Shown here piece after piece: positions 8,314 through 18,419 of a DNA stretch of 64,000 nt. This stretch comes from Spirochaetaceae bacterium (GTDB lineage: Bacteria; Spirochaetota; Spirochaetia; DSM-2461): the NCBI GenBank assembly GCA_051531975.1, contig JAOPTT010000014.1:32001-96000 (forward strand), given 5' to 3'. Both the position numbers and the translations under genes were made by a program. The notes under the pieces are model-generated. The model searched no databases, was not told where the DNA came from, and saw only the letters and a program-made list of their open reading frames with translations. The first letter of the stretch is position 1. Each line of letters opens with the position of its first letter.

Positions 8314-10788
8314 TTAACTTTTTGGTCTCTTACCTAAAAAAGGGGAGGTTTTTGTTATTTGTTTAATAAATTCACCTCTACTGTTTTTACTACTAGCAAG
8401 GTCAGAATAATAACCCATTTTTATATAATAGTCTCTTTCATTCTCATCTTTAGCAAGAAATAGAACCTCTTCGGGTAACAAATTTTTATCATTAATTATT
8501 TTCCAGATTTTTTCCTCTCTTTCAAGTAATGAACCTTTAATTTCACTATTTTGTATCACCTTCATTTCAGGTAAAGTTTTTAATACTTTTATCTCACCTT
8601 TTGTAAGTTCAACTTTTTCACCAAAGTGATAAATATCAATATTTTTATCCACCGATAGATAGCTAATAACATCATCTTTGATTTCTATTGTTAAGCTACA
8701 ATTTTTAACTATTATATTAAGTTTTATACTAGTAAGTTTTTTGGGAAGCTTAGGTCTAAAACGAATAGTATCCTTAAAGGTCTCTACACCTAAAAATCCT
8801 CGTATTATCATTAAATAGGACCCACCCATAGAAGCTGTGTGAAGACCGTGGGAGACATTATGATGTAGGTTTTTTCTATCTGTATGTATTGTTTCTAAAA
8901 AATATTCCCAGCTAAGATCTTCATAACCTAGCCAAAATGCATTTATCCCCTGGGCACATGCACTTAAAGAAGAATCCCTAGTTGTTAACTCCTCATAATA
9001 ATCAAAGTTCCTTTTTAATAACCCAGGGGAAAATTGATCCCTAAAAATTGATTGGGCCATAACGACATCAGCCTGCTTAAGAACTTGTTTCCTATATATA
9101 TTAAGTGGATGGAAGTTTAATAACAGAGGATATTTATCCGCTGGTGTATTTTTAAAATCCCACTTCTCTTTATCTAAAAAGCTGTCATCTTGGGGAGATA
9201 CTGGTCTTGCTTTTGGTATATATATATTGTTTGCAACTTCTAACCATTTTGATACTTTTTCTTTTGAAACAATATCTTTTAACCATTTAGCTGAAGAGAG
9301 TAAATTCTTTTTAGCCATTAGATTTGTAAATAGGTTATTATCTACCATTGCAGTATATTCATCAGGCCCTGTAACAGAGTTAAAACAATAACCTTTCTCA
9401 TCTATAAAATCGGCTAGACTACACCAAAAGTCAGCTGTTCCAGTTAATAACCCATCCCCACCTTCAGATATAATAGAATAGTCCCCAGTAACTTCTAGAT
9501 ACAGATTTAGGCCAAGAGCAATATCAGCGTTAATATGATACTGAGCAGTTCCAGCAGGGAAATATGCCGAGGACTCTTCACCATTAATTGTTCTCCATGG
9601 AAAAAGAATACCTTGGTGACCTAATAAATTTGCTCTGTCTTTTGCCTTTCCTAATATTGAAACTCTGTATAGAAGCATACTTTTTGCAATTTTTGGATTT
9701 GTATATACAAAAAATGGCAAGACATAAGCTTCTGCATCCCAGAAATAGTGTCCCTCATATCCTAATCCGCTTAATCCTTTTGCTGCTATGGATCTTTTGC
9801 CATCTTGCCCTGCAGACTGGAGTAACTGAAAGATATTATATCTTAAGCTAGTTTCCGCATCGGTATCACCACTTAAAACAATATTACTTCGACTCCAAAA
9901 TAGATCCATATAATTTTCTTGTTTTTTAAGAACTTTGGTAAAACCATCAGACAGAGTTTTATCTAACTCAGCCTCTAGATCTTCTAGAATTCTTTTTTTA
10001 TCACAAAGCTCCCCGTATGAATAAGAGGCAACCTTAGTTATTTGTATAGAATCACCTGCAGTACCACTCCAAGACTTTTCTAGCCCATTTTTAACTACTG
10101 AACTCTGGGTCTCATTTATTTCTAAACCTTTAATATCGTGTCCCATTTTACAACCAGCCAATAGATCACTGCCTGTTGCATGAACAAGTAAATAGTTTTC
10201 GTCTCTAGTTATATCTAAAGATGTACCATTAAAATGAGCAGATACTCTAGGGTCTTCTTCATCAAGATCTGTCTGCATTTCTAAAACTATTGAGCTAACA
10301 ATTGAGACTTTTGAATTCGGCCTGGGAATATTAATATCTAATTTATGGATAACAGTACCAATTGTTGAAAATGGAACAATAGTAATTAGTTCTCCTGAAT
10401 ATATCTGTTTGCTAAAATTATCTTGCCACTCAAATTCCCATTTAAGAGATGAGTTTTTCATGTTTAAATATCTCTTGTTATTTATAAATACTCCATTTAT
10501 ATTAAAAAGTTGTATTCCATCAACTTCAATTTTTATCTCTTTACTATCTGGAACAGGAATCATTGTTTGCCAGTTTTCAGCAAAACCATAGGCTTTTTCC
10601 CCATATTTAATTTTACCCTTCTCATAAAAACCATTTATATATGTACCACGGTCAACTGCTCTATTTTGAATTGTAAGATCTCCACGCAGTCCAAGAAATC
10701 CATTTCCCAGAGTAAATAGAGATTCAAACTTCTTTATCTCCGATATTGTTTCAAAGTTATTTTGCTCAATAATCCACTGTCTATCCAT
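8314..10788 (-). CDS. GH65 disaccharide phosphorylase, trehalose-phosphorylase-like
   Basis: GYEGHYFWD, SAYFPAGTAQYHINADIA, GPDEY, KQADVV and DSSLS motifs. The real start is MDRQWIIEQ at 10788, not 11235. Confidence 0.85.
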   Translation of the reverse strand: MDRQWIIEQNNFETISEIKKFESLFTLGNGFLGLRGDLTIQNRAVDRGTYINGFYEKGKIKYGEKAYGFAENWQTMIPVPDSKEIKIEVDGIQLFNINGVFINNKRYLNMKNSSLKWEFEWQDNFSKQIYSGELITIVPFSTIGTVIHKLDINIPRPNSKVSIVSSIVLEMQTDLDEEDPRVSAHFNGTSLDITRDENYLLVHATGSDLLAGCKMGHDIKGLEINETQSSVVKNGLEKSWSGTAGDSIQITKVASYSYGELCDKKRILEDLEAELDKTLSDGFTKVLKKQENYMDLFWSRSNIVLSGDTDAETSLRYNIFQLLQSAGQDGKRSIAAKGLSGLGYEGHYFWDAEAYVLPFFVYTNPKIAKSMLLYRVSILGKAKDRANLLGHQGILFPWRTINGEESSAYFPAGTAQYHINADIALGLNLYLEVTGDYSIISEGGDGLLTGTADFWCSLADFIDEKGYCFNSVTGPDEYTAMVDNNLFTNLMAKKNLLSSAKWLKDIVSKEKVSKWLEVANNIYIPKARPVSPQDDSFLDKEKWDFKNTPADKYPLLLNFHPLNIYRKQVLKQADVVMAQSIFRDQFSPGLLKRNFDYYEELTTRDSSLSACAQGINAFWLGYEDLSWEYFLETIHTDRKNLHHNVSHGLHTASMGGSYLMIIRGFLGVETFKDTIRFRPKLPKKLTSIKLNIIVKNCSLTIEIKDDVISYLSVDKNIDIYHFGEKVELTKGEIKVLKTLPEMKVIQNSEIKGSLLEREEKIWKIINDKNLLPEEVLFLAKDENERDYYIKMGYYSDLASSKNSRGEFIKQITKTSPFLGKRPKS

Positions 10789-10841
10789 TTTTGTACCCTT
10801 TCCAAAATTCAAAAAATTATATATAACTATAATTACAACAA

Positions 10842-10857
10842 ATGTAAGTGCTTTCAT
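10842..10857. promoter_or_regulatory. candidate LacI operator ATGTAAGTGCTTTCAT
   Basis: Imperfect palindrome (6 of 8 pairs) between the divergent GH65 and lacI genes. Confidence 0.5.
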
Positions 10858-10924
10858 GTAATTTATTACAAACATAATTCTCTCTTGAAAGTTTGTCAAT
10901 AGATATATATGATCTGGAGTATAA

Positions 10925-11926
10925 ATGTCTAAAAAAAATTCTACTATATACGATGTAGCAAACAGCGCAGGAATCTCTATTGCAACAGTTTCTAGGGTTT
11001 TAAATAGCCCTGATGTTGTTTCAATTAAAACTAAGGAAAAAGTATATAAGGCTATGGAATCATTAGGTTTTACCCCAAAAGCTGAGGCCAGGGACAGAGC
11101 TAAACGGCACATCGGTAGAATAGGCGTAATTAGCCCACATCTGACATTCCCATCGTTTATACACCGATTAAAAGGTATTACAACTGTTATTGATGGCGCC
11201 TCGTTTGAACTATCTATGATAACAATCAATGACAAAAATGATATTGATCAATATTTAAAATCAAAAGAACTTACACACAGGCTAGACGGTATAATAGTTT
11301 TGAGTATGAAGTTAAACAGATCAACTATAGAGCTTCTTAAAAAATTGAAGATAAAAACAGTATTTATTGAGTTTGGTGAAGAGGACTTTACAAGTATATG
11401 TGTAAATAATTTTAAAGGTGGTGAATCTGTTGCAGAATATCTGTTTAAAAAGAATTACACTACTTTTGCTGTTTTAACCCATTTTGATGTTACTCAGGAT
11501 GAAGTTCCAAACAAATTAAGAGTTGACGGGTTCAAATCTAAATTAAAAGAGCTTGAGATAATTTTAGATGATAATAGTATCTTTTATACAACTAACGATC
11601 TTAACTTAGCTATAGAAGAAGCAACAAATATCTTAACACAAACAAAGAGGCCAGAAGTAATTTTTGCAACCACCGACCTTTTAGCTGTTGCAGTAATAAA
11701 AAGTGCAAAAAAATTAAATATAAACATTCCTGTAGATCTTGGTGTAATCGGTTTTGATGGTACAACAACATCAGAATATCTTGATTTAACAACTGTTGAT
11801 CAATCCCTGGAAGATTCAGGTAAAATGGCTGCAGAACTTCTTATTAAAAGCTTAAATGAACCAGAACAACCGATTCAAAATATTTTTCTTCCATTAAAAA
11901 TAATTGAAAGATCTACGGTAAGATAG
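10925..11926 (+). CDS. LacI family transcriptional regulator
   Basis: TIYDVANSAGISIATVSRVLN HTH; GVIGFD and LTTVDQ motifs. Confidence 0.92.
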   Translation: MSKKNSTIYDVANSAGISIATVSRVLNSPDVVSIKTKEKVYKAMESLGFTPKAEARDRAKRHIGRIGVISPHLTFPSFIHRLKGITTVIDGASFELSMITINDKNDIDQYLKSKELTHRLDGIIVLSMKLNRSTIELLKKLKIKTVFIEFGEEDFTSICVNNFKGGESVAEYLFKKNYTTFAVLTHFDVTQDEVPNKLRVDGFKSKLKELEIILDDNSIFYTTNDLNLAIEEATNILTQTKRPEVIFATTDLLAVAVIKSAKKLNINIPVDLGVIGFDGTTTSEYLDLTTVDQSLEDSGKMAAELLIKSLNEPEQPIQNIFLPLKIIERSTVR

Positions 11927-11998
11927 AATATAAAAGATAGATCATTAAAATAGGTATATTTTGTTGTATTTCAATATATCTGAACATATAATTATTAT

Positions 11999-13903
11999 AT
12001 GAATAAAATCTTTATCATCCTTCTTATTCTAATGAATTCTCAGATATCTTATTCTGAAACTGAAACAAAGCACTATAATATATTATATATCAACTCTTAT
12101 CATAGTGGCTTTTCCTGGAGTGACAATATAGAAAATGGTTTTATATCTGAAATGTTAAACCTAGAAATAAATTATGAATTATACATAGAAAGACTAGAAT
12201 CCAAGAGGATTAAACTAAATAACAGTAAATCTGAGTATAAAAACCTAATCAAAAAAAAATACCACAATATTCAATTTGATGTTGTTGTTACATCAGATGA
12301 TAACGCATTTAATTTTGCAGCAGAAAATAGGGAAGAACTATTTCCAAATGTTCCTATAGTTTTTAGTGGTGTAAATGACAAAAACAATACATATCTATTA
12401 AATGATACAAATATAGCTGGGGTAATTGAAGATGTAGATATATCTGGATTAATAAAATTAATTCTAGAGGTTCAACCCAAGACAACACACATAGCTATAA
12501 TTGGAGATCAGACAGAATCGGCGGTGATTCATATAAACAATACTGTAAGTGTACTAAAAAACCAGTATCCAGAACTGGAATATAGTATATATAACAGTTG
12601 GACATTAAATTCTCTAGCAGATGAATTAAATAAACTGCAAAAATCGACGGTAGTTATTGAACTGGCATTTCATCTAGACAAAAATGCAGAACCAATTAGT
12701 TTTAATCAGGAACGAGATTTTTTTAAAAACAGAGTAAACATCCCCTCTTACTCTTTATGGGATAGTAGATTAAATTACGGAATTACAGGTGGAGTAATAG
12801 CATCAGGAACTGTACATGGCCAAGTTGCAGCACAGTTAGCAACATCGATATTAAAAGGAAACTTTCCTGAAAACCCCATTCTAAGTAATATCCCCTTTCC
12901 TACTTATTTTGATTATAGGGAAGTTGAAAGGTTTGGTATATCATTTAAAAATATACCTAAGGCAGCAATTTTCATTAATAGACCTGATACATTATGGCTA
13001 AAGTATAAAAACTATATAATTATGATTATTATTTTTACGATAGCCCAAATTGTACTCATAATATTTCTAATATTAAATATTCATTATAGAAGAATTGCCA
13101 AGAAAAAACTTTTGATTCTAAATAAAGAACTAGAAGATAAAGTTAAAATTAGAACTAATGATTTAGAAGAATCTCTAAAAAACCTACAGTTAACACAAAA
13201 AAGTTTAATTGAAAGTGAAAAAATGGCATCTTTAGGAAGTCTAGTAACTGGGATATCTCATCAGATAAATACACCACTTGGAATATGTAAAACAATATCA
13301 TCATTTATGAAAGATAAAATTACAGAGAATCCATCAGATGACTTACAAGAATCTATTATCCTTTTAGAAAAAAATATTGATAAGGTAGCAACTATTATAA
13401 ATAACTTTAGACAAGTATCTGTAGATTTTACCAGCGAATCCCTCACATCAATAAATATGTCAGTATTTATTAATCAGGTAATAAGTAGCCAGGAGTCAAA
13501 GTTTCAAGAAAACAGTATAAGAACAAGTTTTGATTGTCCCAAAAACCTAGTAATTACAACTTATACAGGAGTACTACTAAAGGTTTTTATTATTCTTTTT
13601 AAGAACAGTATTATGCATGGCTTTGATGGAGATTTTGACGCACCAAAAATAGCTATAGTAGTTACAGATCATAACAATTATATCAGTATTAAATATTCAG
13701 ATAACGGTAAAGGTATAGAGTACAAAAATCATGAAAAAATATTTGACCCATTCTACACAACTAAATTAGGAAAAGGTAATAGTGGTTTAGGTTTAAATAT
13801 TGCATATAACGAAATAGTTCATAGGTTAAAAGGTACTATAACTACTGATTTTTCAAATGAGAGAGGATTAAGTTTTATAATAGACTTTCCCAAAGACAGC
13901 TAG
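11999..13903 (+). CDS. sensor histidine kinase with periplasmic ABC-SBP-like sensor domain
   Basis: Signal peptide, YINSYH..F.W, TM segment, H-box SHQINTPLG, DNGKG and IFDPFYTTK. Confidence 0.88.
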   Translation: MNKIFIILLILMNSQISYSETETKHYNILYINSYHSGFSWSDNIENGFISEMLNLEINYELYIERLESKRIKLNNSKSEYKNLIKKKYHNIQFDVVVTSDDNAFNFAAENREELFPNVPIVFSGVNDKNNTYLLNDTNIAGVIEDVDISGLIKLILEVQPKTTHIAIIGDQTESAVIHINNTVSVLKNQYPELEYSIYNSWTLNSLADELNKLQKSTVVIELAFHLDKNAEPISFNQERDFFKNRVNIPSYSLWDSRLNYGITGGVIASGTVHGQVAAQLATSILKGNFPENPILSNIPFPTYFDYREVERFGISFKNIPKAAIFINRPDTLWLKYKNYIIMIIIFTIAQIVLIIFLILNIHYRRIAKKKLLILNKELEDKVKIRTNDLEESLKNLQLTQKSLIESEKMASLGSLVTGISHQINTPLGICKTISSFMKDKITENPSDDLQESIILLEKNIDKVATIINNFRQVSVDFTSESLTSINMSVFINQVISSQESKFQENSIRTSFDCPKNLVITTYTGVLLKVFIILFKNSIMHGFDGDFDAPKIAIVVTDHNNYISIKYSDNGKGIEYKNHEKIFDPFYTTKLGKGNSGLGLNIAYNEIVHRLKGTITTDFSNERGLSFIIDFPKDS

Positions 13904-14145
13904 TTATATCTCCCTTATTTAGAAGAAATTGAGTATCCCCAATCAGCTATCTTAGTAATTAAAAGAACTAAAGTAATAATATAAATTCCCTATATAAAAG
14001 TGATGACAAAAAACATTTAAGTTCACTTCCAAGAGAAAAAATACTATACACTGAGTAACTCATTGGATTTATTAAAAGGTTGATTATCTGGACATCTGAC
14101 TCCAGAATGTCTATTAGAAGGCATGCTCAAATTTACAGAAACATA

Positions 14146-14177
14146 AGATATTAGATATTAGATATTAGATATTAGAT
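14146..14177. repeat. 7-bp tandem repeat (AGATATT) x4.5
   Basis: Read directly in the intergenic sequence. Confidence 0.9.
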
Positions 14178-14315
14178 TAACATTATTAAAAAAAGACATA
14201 GAATAACCTCGTTTTACATTATTGTAGAAAGAAAATTATTTTTTTTATTTGGTTCTCACTTCAAAAAACGACTACACTTATATTTAAGGTAATTAAAAAC
14301 TATGAGGTGTAATCT

Positions 14316-16580
14316 TTGAGTTATTTATCAAAAAAGTCAAATCAATATCTACTTTTATCAATTTTGATTTGGAGTATAATTATAACTATATCAACAATTA
14401 CTCAGAATATTTCAACAAAACAGACAATTATAGATATAGCTGAGAACCAGACAAGAGTAGCATATGAGAAAGATGTTCTTTACAGAAAATGGGCAAGTTC
14501 TCATGGTGGTGTATATGTTCCAGTTACAGAGCTAACACAACCAAACCCAGGATTATCACATATTCCTGAAAGAGACATACAAACACCATCAGGTATTAAA
14601 TTAACACTGGTTAATCCAGCATATATGACCCGCCAGGTTCATGAAATGGGAGCAGATATATACCAATTTAAAGGGCGTATTACAAGCTTGAACCCAATAA
14701 ATATAATTAATACCCCAGATGAGTGGGAATCAAAAGCATTAAGATTATTCGAGACAGGAGTTACTGAAGTAACAGAAGTTGTAGAAGAAGATGGAGTTAA
14801 AATACTAAAGTATATGAATGCTCTTGTCACAGAAGAGAGTTGCCTGAAGTGTCATGCAATCCAAGGGTATAAAGTTGGAGAAATTCGAGGTGGACTTGGG
14901 GTAAGTTTATCTTTAAAAGAACTTGAAGATTCTTTTAAAGATACAATAAGATTTGAATACATTACCCATTTTACAATTTGGTTTATAGGCCTGATAACTA
15001 TACTATTTATATCTAGAATACTAAAAAAAAGAATACGAGAACAAAAAGAATATATTAAAAAACTTGCTTTATCAAAGAGCCATGAAGAGAAAGAGAAACA
15101 GTCTTTATCTATAACCCTAGGGAGCATTGGGGAAGGTGTTATCACAACCGATATGAATGGTGTTGTAACTAGAATGAACAATATTGCTCAAGAATTAACA
15201 GGTTGGAATCTATTAGATGCAAGAAATAGAGAGATCTCTACTGTTTTTAAAATAACTGATGTTCATGATTCTAATCAAAATATTCCTATTAGAGATATGG
15301 TTTTAAAAAGCAATACACCGATAAAACAGAACTACTATTTAACATGTCGAAGTAATAATAATAAATTTTTAATACACAATACAGGCTCAAAAATAATAGG
15401 AGAGGATAAAAAAGAACTGGGAATAGTTTTAGTTTTTCGGGATAAAACAGCTGACCAGCAGATTCAAGAAAAGCTTATTCAGAGCCAAAACCTAGATGCA
15501 ATTGGTCAACTATCAAATGGAATATCCCATAATTTTAATAATATGATTAGTGGAATAATCGGAGGAACAGAACTTTTACAGCTTCATTTAGTTGAGGATG
15601 AAAAGAGTCAAAAATATCTTTCTCTAATTAAGGAAGCATGTTTAAGAGCATCGGATTTAACAACAAAGCTTATCTCTTTTTCAAAATCACAAAAAATAGA
15701 TCTTAAACCATTAGATGTTCATAACACTATAGATGCAGCTATTTCATTATTAGATAATACAATTGATAAATCCATTAAAATTGATGCCCAATTAAATGCT
15801 AAAAAAAGTACTATAATTGGAGACTTAACTCAACTACAAAATGTATTTATAAACCTGGGGATTAATTCTTATCATGCTATGCCTAATGGTGGTAAATTAT
15901 CTTTTATAACAAAAAATGTCATTTTAAATGAAGCTGGGAAATTAGAACAGGAGTTTATAGAAATAGAGGTTACAGATGATGGTTCAGGTATTCCTGTAAA
16001 TATTTTATCTAATATTTTTAACCCATTTTTTACAACAAAAGAGCAAGGGAAAGGATCAGGTTTAGGTTTATCGGTTATATACGGAACTGTGGAAAAACTT
16101 AAAGGTTCTATTCGTGTTAATAGTGTAGAAAATGATGGAACAACATTTACACTTCTGTTTCCAGTGAGCCAAGAACCTATTAAATATAAAAAAAATAAGA
16201 CACTCTTTAATTATCATGGGAAAGGACATATTCTTTTAGTAGATGATGAAGAAATTTTAAGAACTCTAGGGAAAGATATATTAGAAAACTTAGGATTTCA
16301 GGTAGTTTTAGCAATTAATGGGAAAGATGCTCTAGAGAAATTCAAAACCGCTAAAAGTCCATTTAATCTAATAATTTTAGACATGATGATGCCAATTATG
16401 AATGGTAGAGAGTGTTTAAAAAACATAAGAAAATTGGATACAAAGATTCCAGTTATAATATCTTCTGGTTTTAGTAATGAAGAAGATATAGAAGAGATAA
16501 AAAAAATGGGTTGTGAAGGTATATTATCAAAACCTTTTAGTATTTCTAAGATGAGTAAAATAATATCAGAATTAATATAA
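14316..16580 (+). CDS. hybrid sensor kinase: Tll0287/DUF3365-like heme-c sensor, PAS, HisKA, HATPase, receiver
   Basis: WASSHGGVYVP, CLKCH, SIGEGVITTD, SHNFNN and LIILDMMMPIMNG motifs. Confidence 0.9.
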   Translation: MSYLSKKSNQYLLLSILIWSIIITISTITQNISTKQTIIDIAENQTRVAYEKDVLYRKWASSHGGVYVPVTELTQPNPGLSHIPERDIQTPSGIKLTLVNPAYMTRQVHEMGADIYQFKGRITSLNPINIINTPDEWESKALRLFETGVTEVTEVVEEDGVKILKYMNALVTEESCLKCHAIQGYKVGEIRGGLGVSLSLKELEDSFKDTIRFEYITHFTIWFIGLITILFISRILKKRIREQKEYIKKLALSKSHEEKEKQSLSITLGSIGEGVITTDMNGVVTRMNNIAQELTGWNLLDARNREISTVFKITDVHDSNQNIPIRDMVLKSNTPIKQNYYLTCRSNNNKFLIHNTGSKIIGEDKKELGIVLVFRDKTADQQIQEKLIQSQNLDAIGQLSNGISHNFNNMISGIIGGTELLQLHLVEDEKSQKYLSLIKEACLRASDLTTKLISFSKSQKIDLKPLDVHNTIDAAISLLDNTIDKSIKIDAQLNAKKSTIIGDLTQLQNVFINLGINSYHAMPNGGKLSFITKNVILNEAGKLEQEFIEIEVTDDGSGIPVNILSNIFNPFFTTKEQGKGSGLGLSVIYGTVEKLKGSIRVNSVENDGTTFTLLFPVSQEPIKYKKNKTLFNYHGKGHILLVDDEEILRTLGKDILENLGFQVVLAINGKDALEKFKTAKSPFNLIILDMMMPIMNGRECLKNIRKLDTKIPVIISSGFSNEEDIEEIKKMGCEGILSKPFSISKMSKIISELI

Positions 16581-16645
16581 TTAAAAACTATATTTATCAG
16601 CCCCCTGTTGGTATCAACCTCCAGGAGACTTTAATATAATTAGTA

Positions 16646-17806
16646 TCATTTACCCTTTAACAGTGCTGCAAATGGGTTATATGTATCAGTATCATCATCT
16701 GTATCAAAGTACTTCTTATTATTTTCATACTCTTCGTCGGAAGCTACCTCTTTTAATGAGATTCTTCTCTCTTTAGTATCAATACTTCTAACTAAAACTG
16801 ATATTTTCTGACCAATCTTTAAGTTATCACCAGACTCTTTATCCCTAGAATCACCTTTAAAATCAGATATATGGATAAGACCATCTAATCCTGATTCAAG
16901 TGTAACAAATACTCCAAAGGCTGCAATTCTGGAAACGACTCCATTATGTTTACTATCTTCTTTGTATTTTTTCCCAGCACCATTCCACGGATCTTTAATT
17001 AGGTTTTTCATACTTACAGAAATTTTGTTATTATCCCAATCTAGATTTAATAATGAAGCCTCTACTTCCTGACCAACAGTAAGATATTTTGATATATCAT
17101 CAACTCTACTTCTGCTAATTTCAGATATAGGTAAAAGTGCTCTTAATCCTCTAACATCTACAAAAGCACCAAACTTCTCTAAAGAGGTAATTTTAGCAGT
17201 AACAACCATACCTACTTCTAATTCTTTTTTAAGATCTTCAATTTTATCCTGTCTCTCTTCTTCTAAAAGAACTCTGCTAGAAACTAAGATATTCCGGCCA
17301 CCCTCTGAGTATTCAATAATTTTAAATTTATGTTTAGTACCGACATACTGGGCAGAATCTTCTACTTTTTTAAGGCCAATCTGAGAGAATGGGCAAAATG
17401 CTCTAGTTTCACCAATTTTAATGTCATATCCACCTTTAATTACGGCACTTACAGTTCCTTCAACAGGTATTCCACCCTCATAAGCACCTTTAAGGGCTTC
17501 TTTTCCAGCTTTATTACCAGCAATTTTAGTCGTAAATAACATATCACCGTGTGAAGCTGAGGTAAAATATGCTCTTATTGTCTCACCCTCTTTTACAGTA
17601 ATTTCACCATCTTTATCTAGTAGTTCTTCACCATCTATTTGACCTTCACTTTTACCATCTAACTGAATAAATACACATCCACCAGAGATGGATACAATTT
17701 CAGCCTCTACAACTTGACCAGGTACAAATGATTTAATATCTTTAAAACTATCTTCAAACAGGGATGCAAAATCCTCTTCTTTATCATCGAATGTATTTAA
17801 TGCCAT
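16646..17806 (-). CDS. short ribosomal protein S1-like RNA-binding protein (4 S1 domains)
   Basis: DFASLFE N-terminus, S1 repeats (FGAFVD, GLDGLIHISD), NPFAALLK C-terminus. Confidence 0.85.
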   Translation of the reverse strand: MALNTFDDKEEDFASLFEDSFKDIKSFVPGQVVEAEIVSISGGCVFIQLDGKSEGQIDGEELLDKDGEITVKEGETIRAYFTSASHGDMLFTTKIAGNKAGKEALKGAYEGGIPVEGTVSAVIKGGYDIKIGETRAFCPFSQIGLKKVEDSAQYVGTKHKFKIIEYSEGGRNILVSSRVLLEEERQDKIEDLKKELEVGMVVTAKITSLEKFGAFVDVRGLRALLPISEISRSRVDDISKYLTVGQEVEASLLNLDWDNNKISVSMKNLIKDPWNGAGKKYKEDSKHNGVVSRIAAFGVFVTLESGLDGLIHISDFKGDSRDKESGDNLKIGQKISVLVRSIDTKERRISLKEVASDEEYENNKKYFDTDDDTDTYNPFAALLKGK

Positions 17807-17999
17807 ATATTTTAATATCTCCTATACAATTTAATATTTCTTTATATAGTATAATTTTAGTCCATATTAAGCAAATATTCAGAACTAAAATTTTATCATA
17901 TAAATGTATAATACTAGATATAACACACTATTGATAACCCCTACTATTAACTTATGACCTAAATTGCATTATACTTAAGTAATATATAAGGAGCTAAAT

Positions 18000-18419
18000 A
18001 TGAAAAATAAGCTTATTTTATTAATCGGAATATTATTTTTAGCGAATATAATGATAGTTTCAGAAACTGTAGATGTAGAGTGGTTATCTGGTTATACAGA
18101 AGCTAAAAAGGCTGCAGTAGAGCAGAATAAAAATATATTTGTTTTAATCACAGCACCATCATGGTGTCATTGGTGTAAACTACTTGAAAATAATGTACTT
18201 TCTAAAGATCAGTTAAAAGATACCTTAAACAGTGATTTTATACCTCTTAAACTATTAGATGTTGTAGATGGTGTTAGAAATCCACAACTTAACTTTTTTG
18301 AATTTAGAGGTTTTCCAACAGTTAGGATTTACGATCCAAATGGTAAATTTCTTGAGAATGTATACTCCCAAGATCTCCAAGAGACATTAAAAAACTTAAA
18401 AAAGTATGCGAATATATAA
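18000..18419 (+). CDS. exported thioredoxin-fold protein
   Basis: N-terminal hydrophobic segment, WCHWC, RGFPT cis-Pro loop. Confidence 0.8.
   Translation: MKNKLILLIGILFLANIMIVSETVDVEWLSGYTEAKKAAVEQNKNIFVLITAPSWCHWCKLLENNVLSKDQLKDTLNSDFIPLKLLDVVDGVRNPQLNFFEFRGFPTVRIYDPNGKFLENVYSQDLQETLKNLKKYANI

Noticed and set aside
10789..11235. 149-aa N-terminal extension of the GH65 ORF in the track (973 aa)
   Set aside because: It is antisense to the lacI at 10925 and spans the divergent promoter; GH65 homology begins at MDRQW (10788).
13904..14145. Possible small ORF or pseudogene remnant in the spacer between the two kinases
   Set aside because: Only short interrupted frames with no recognisable homology or clear RBS.
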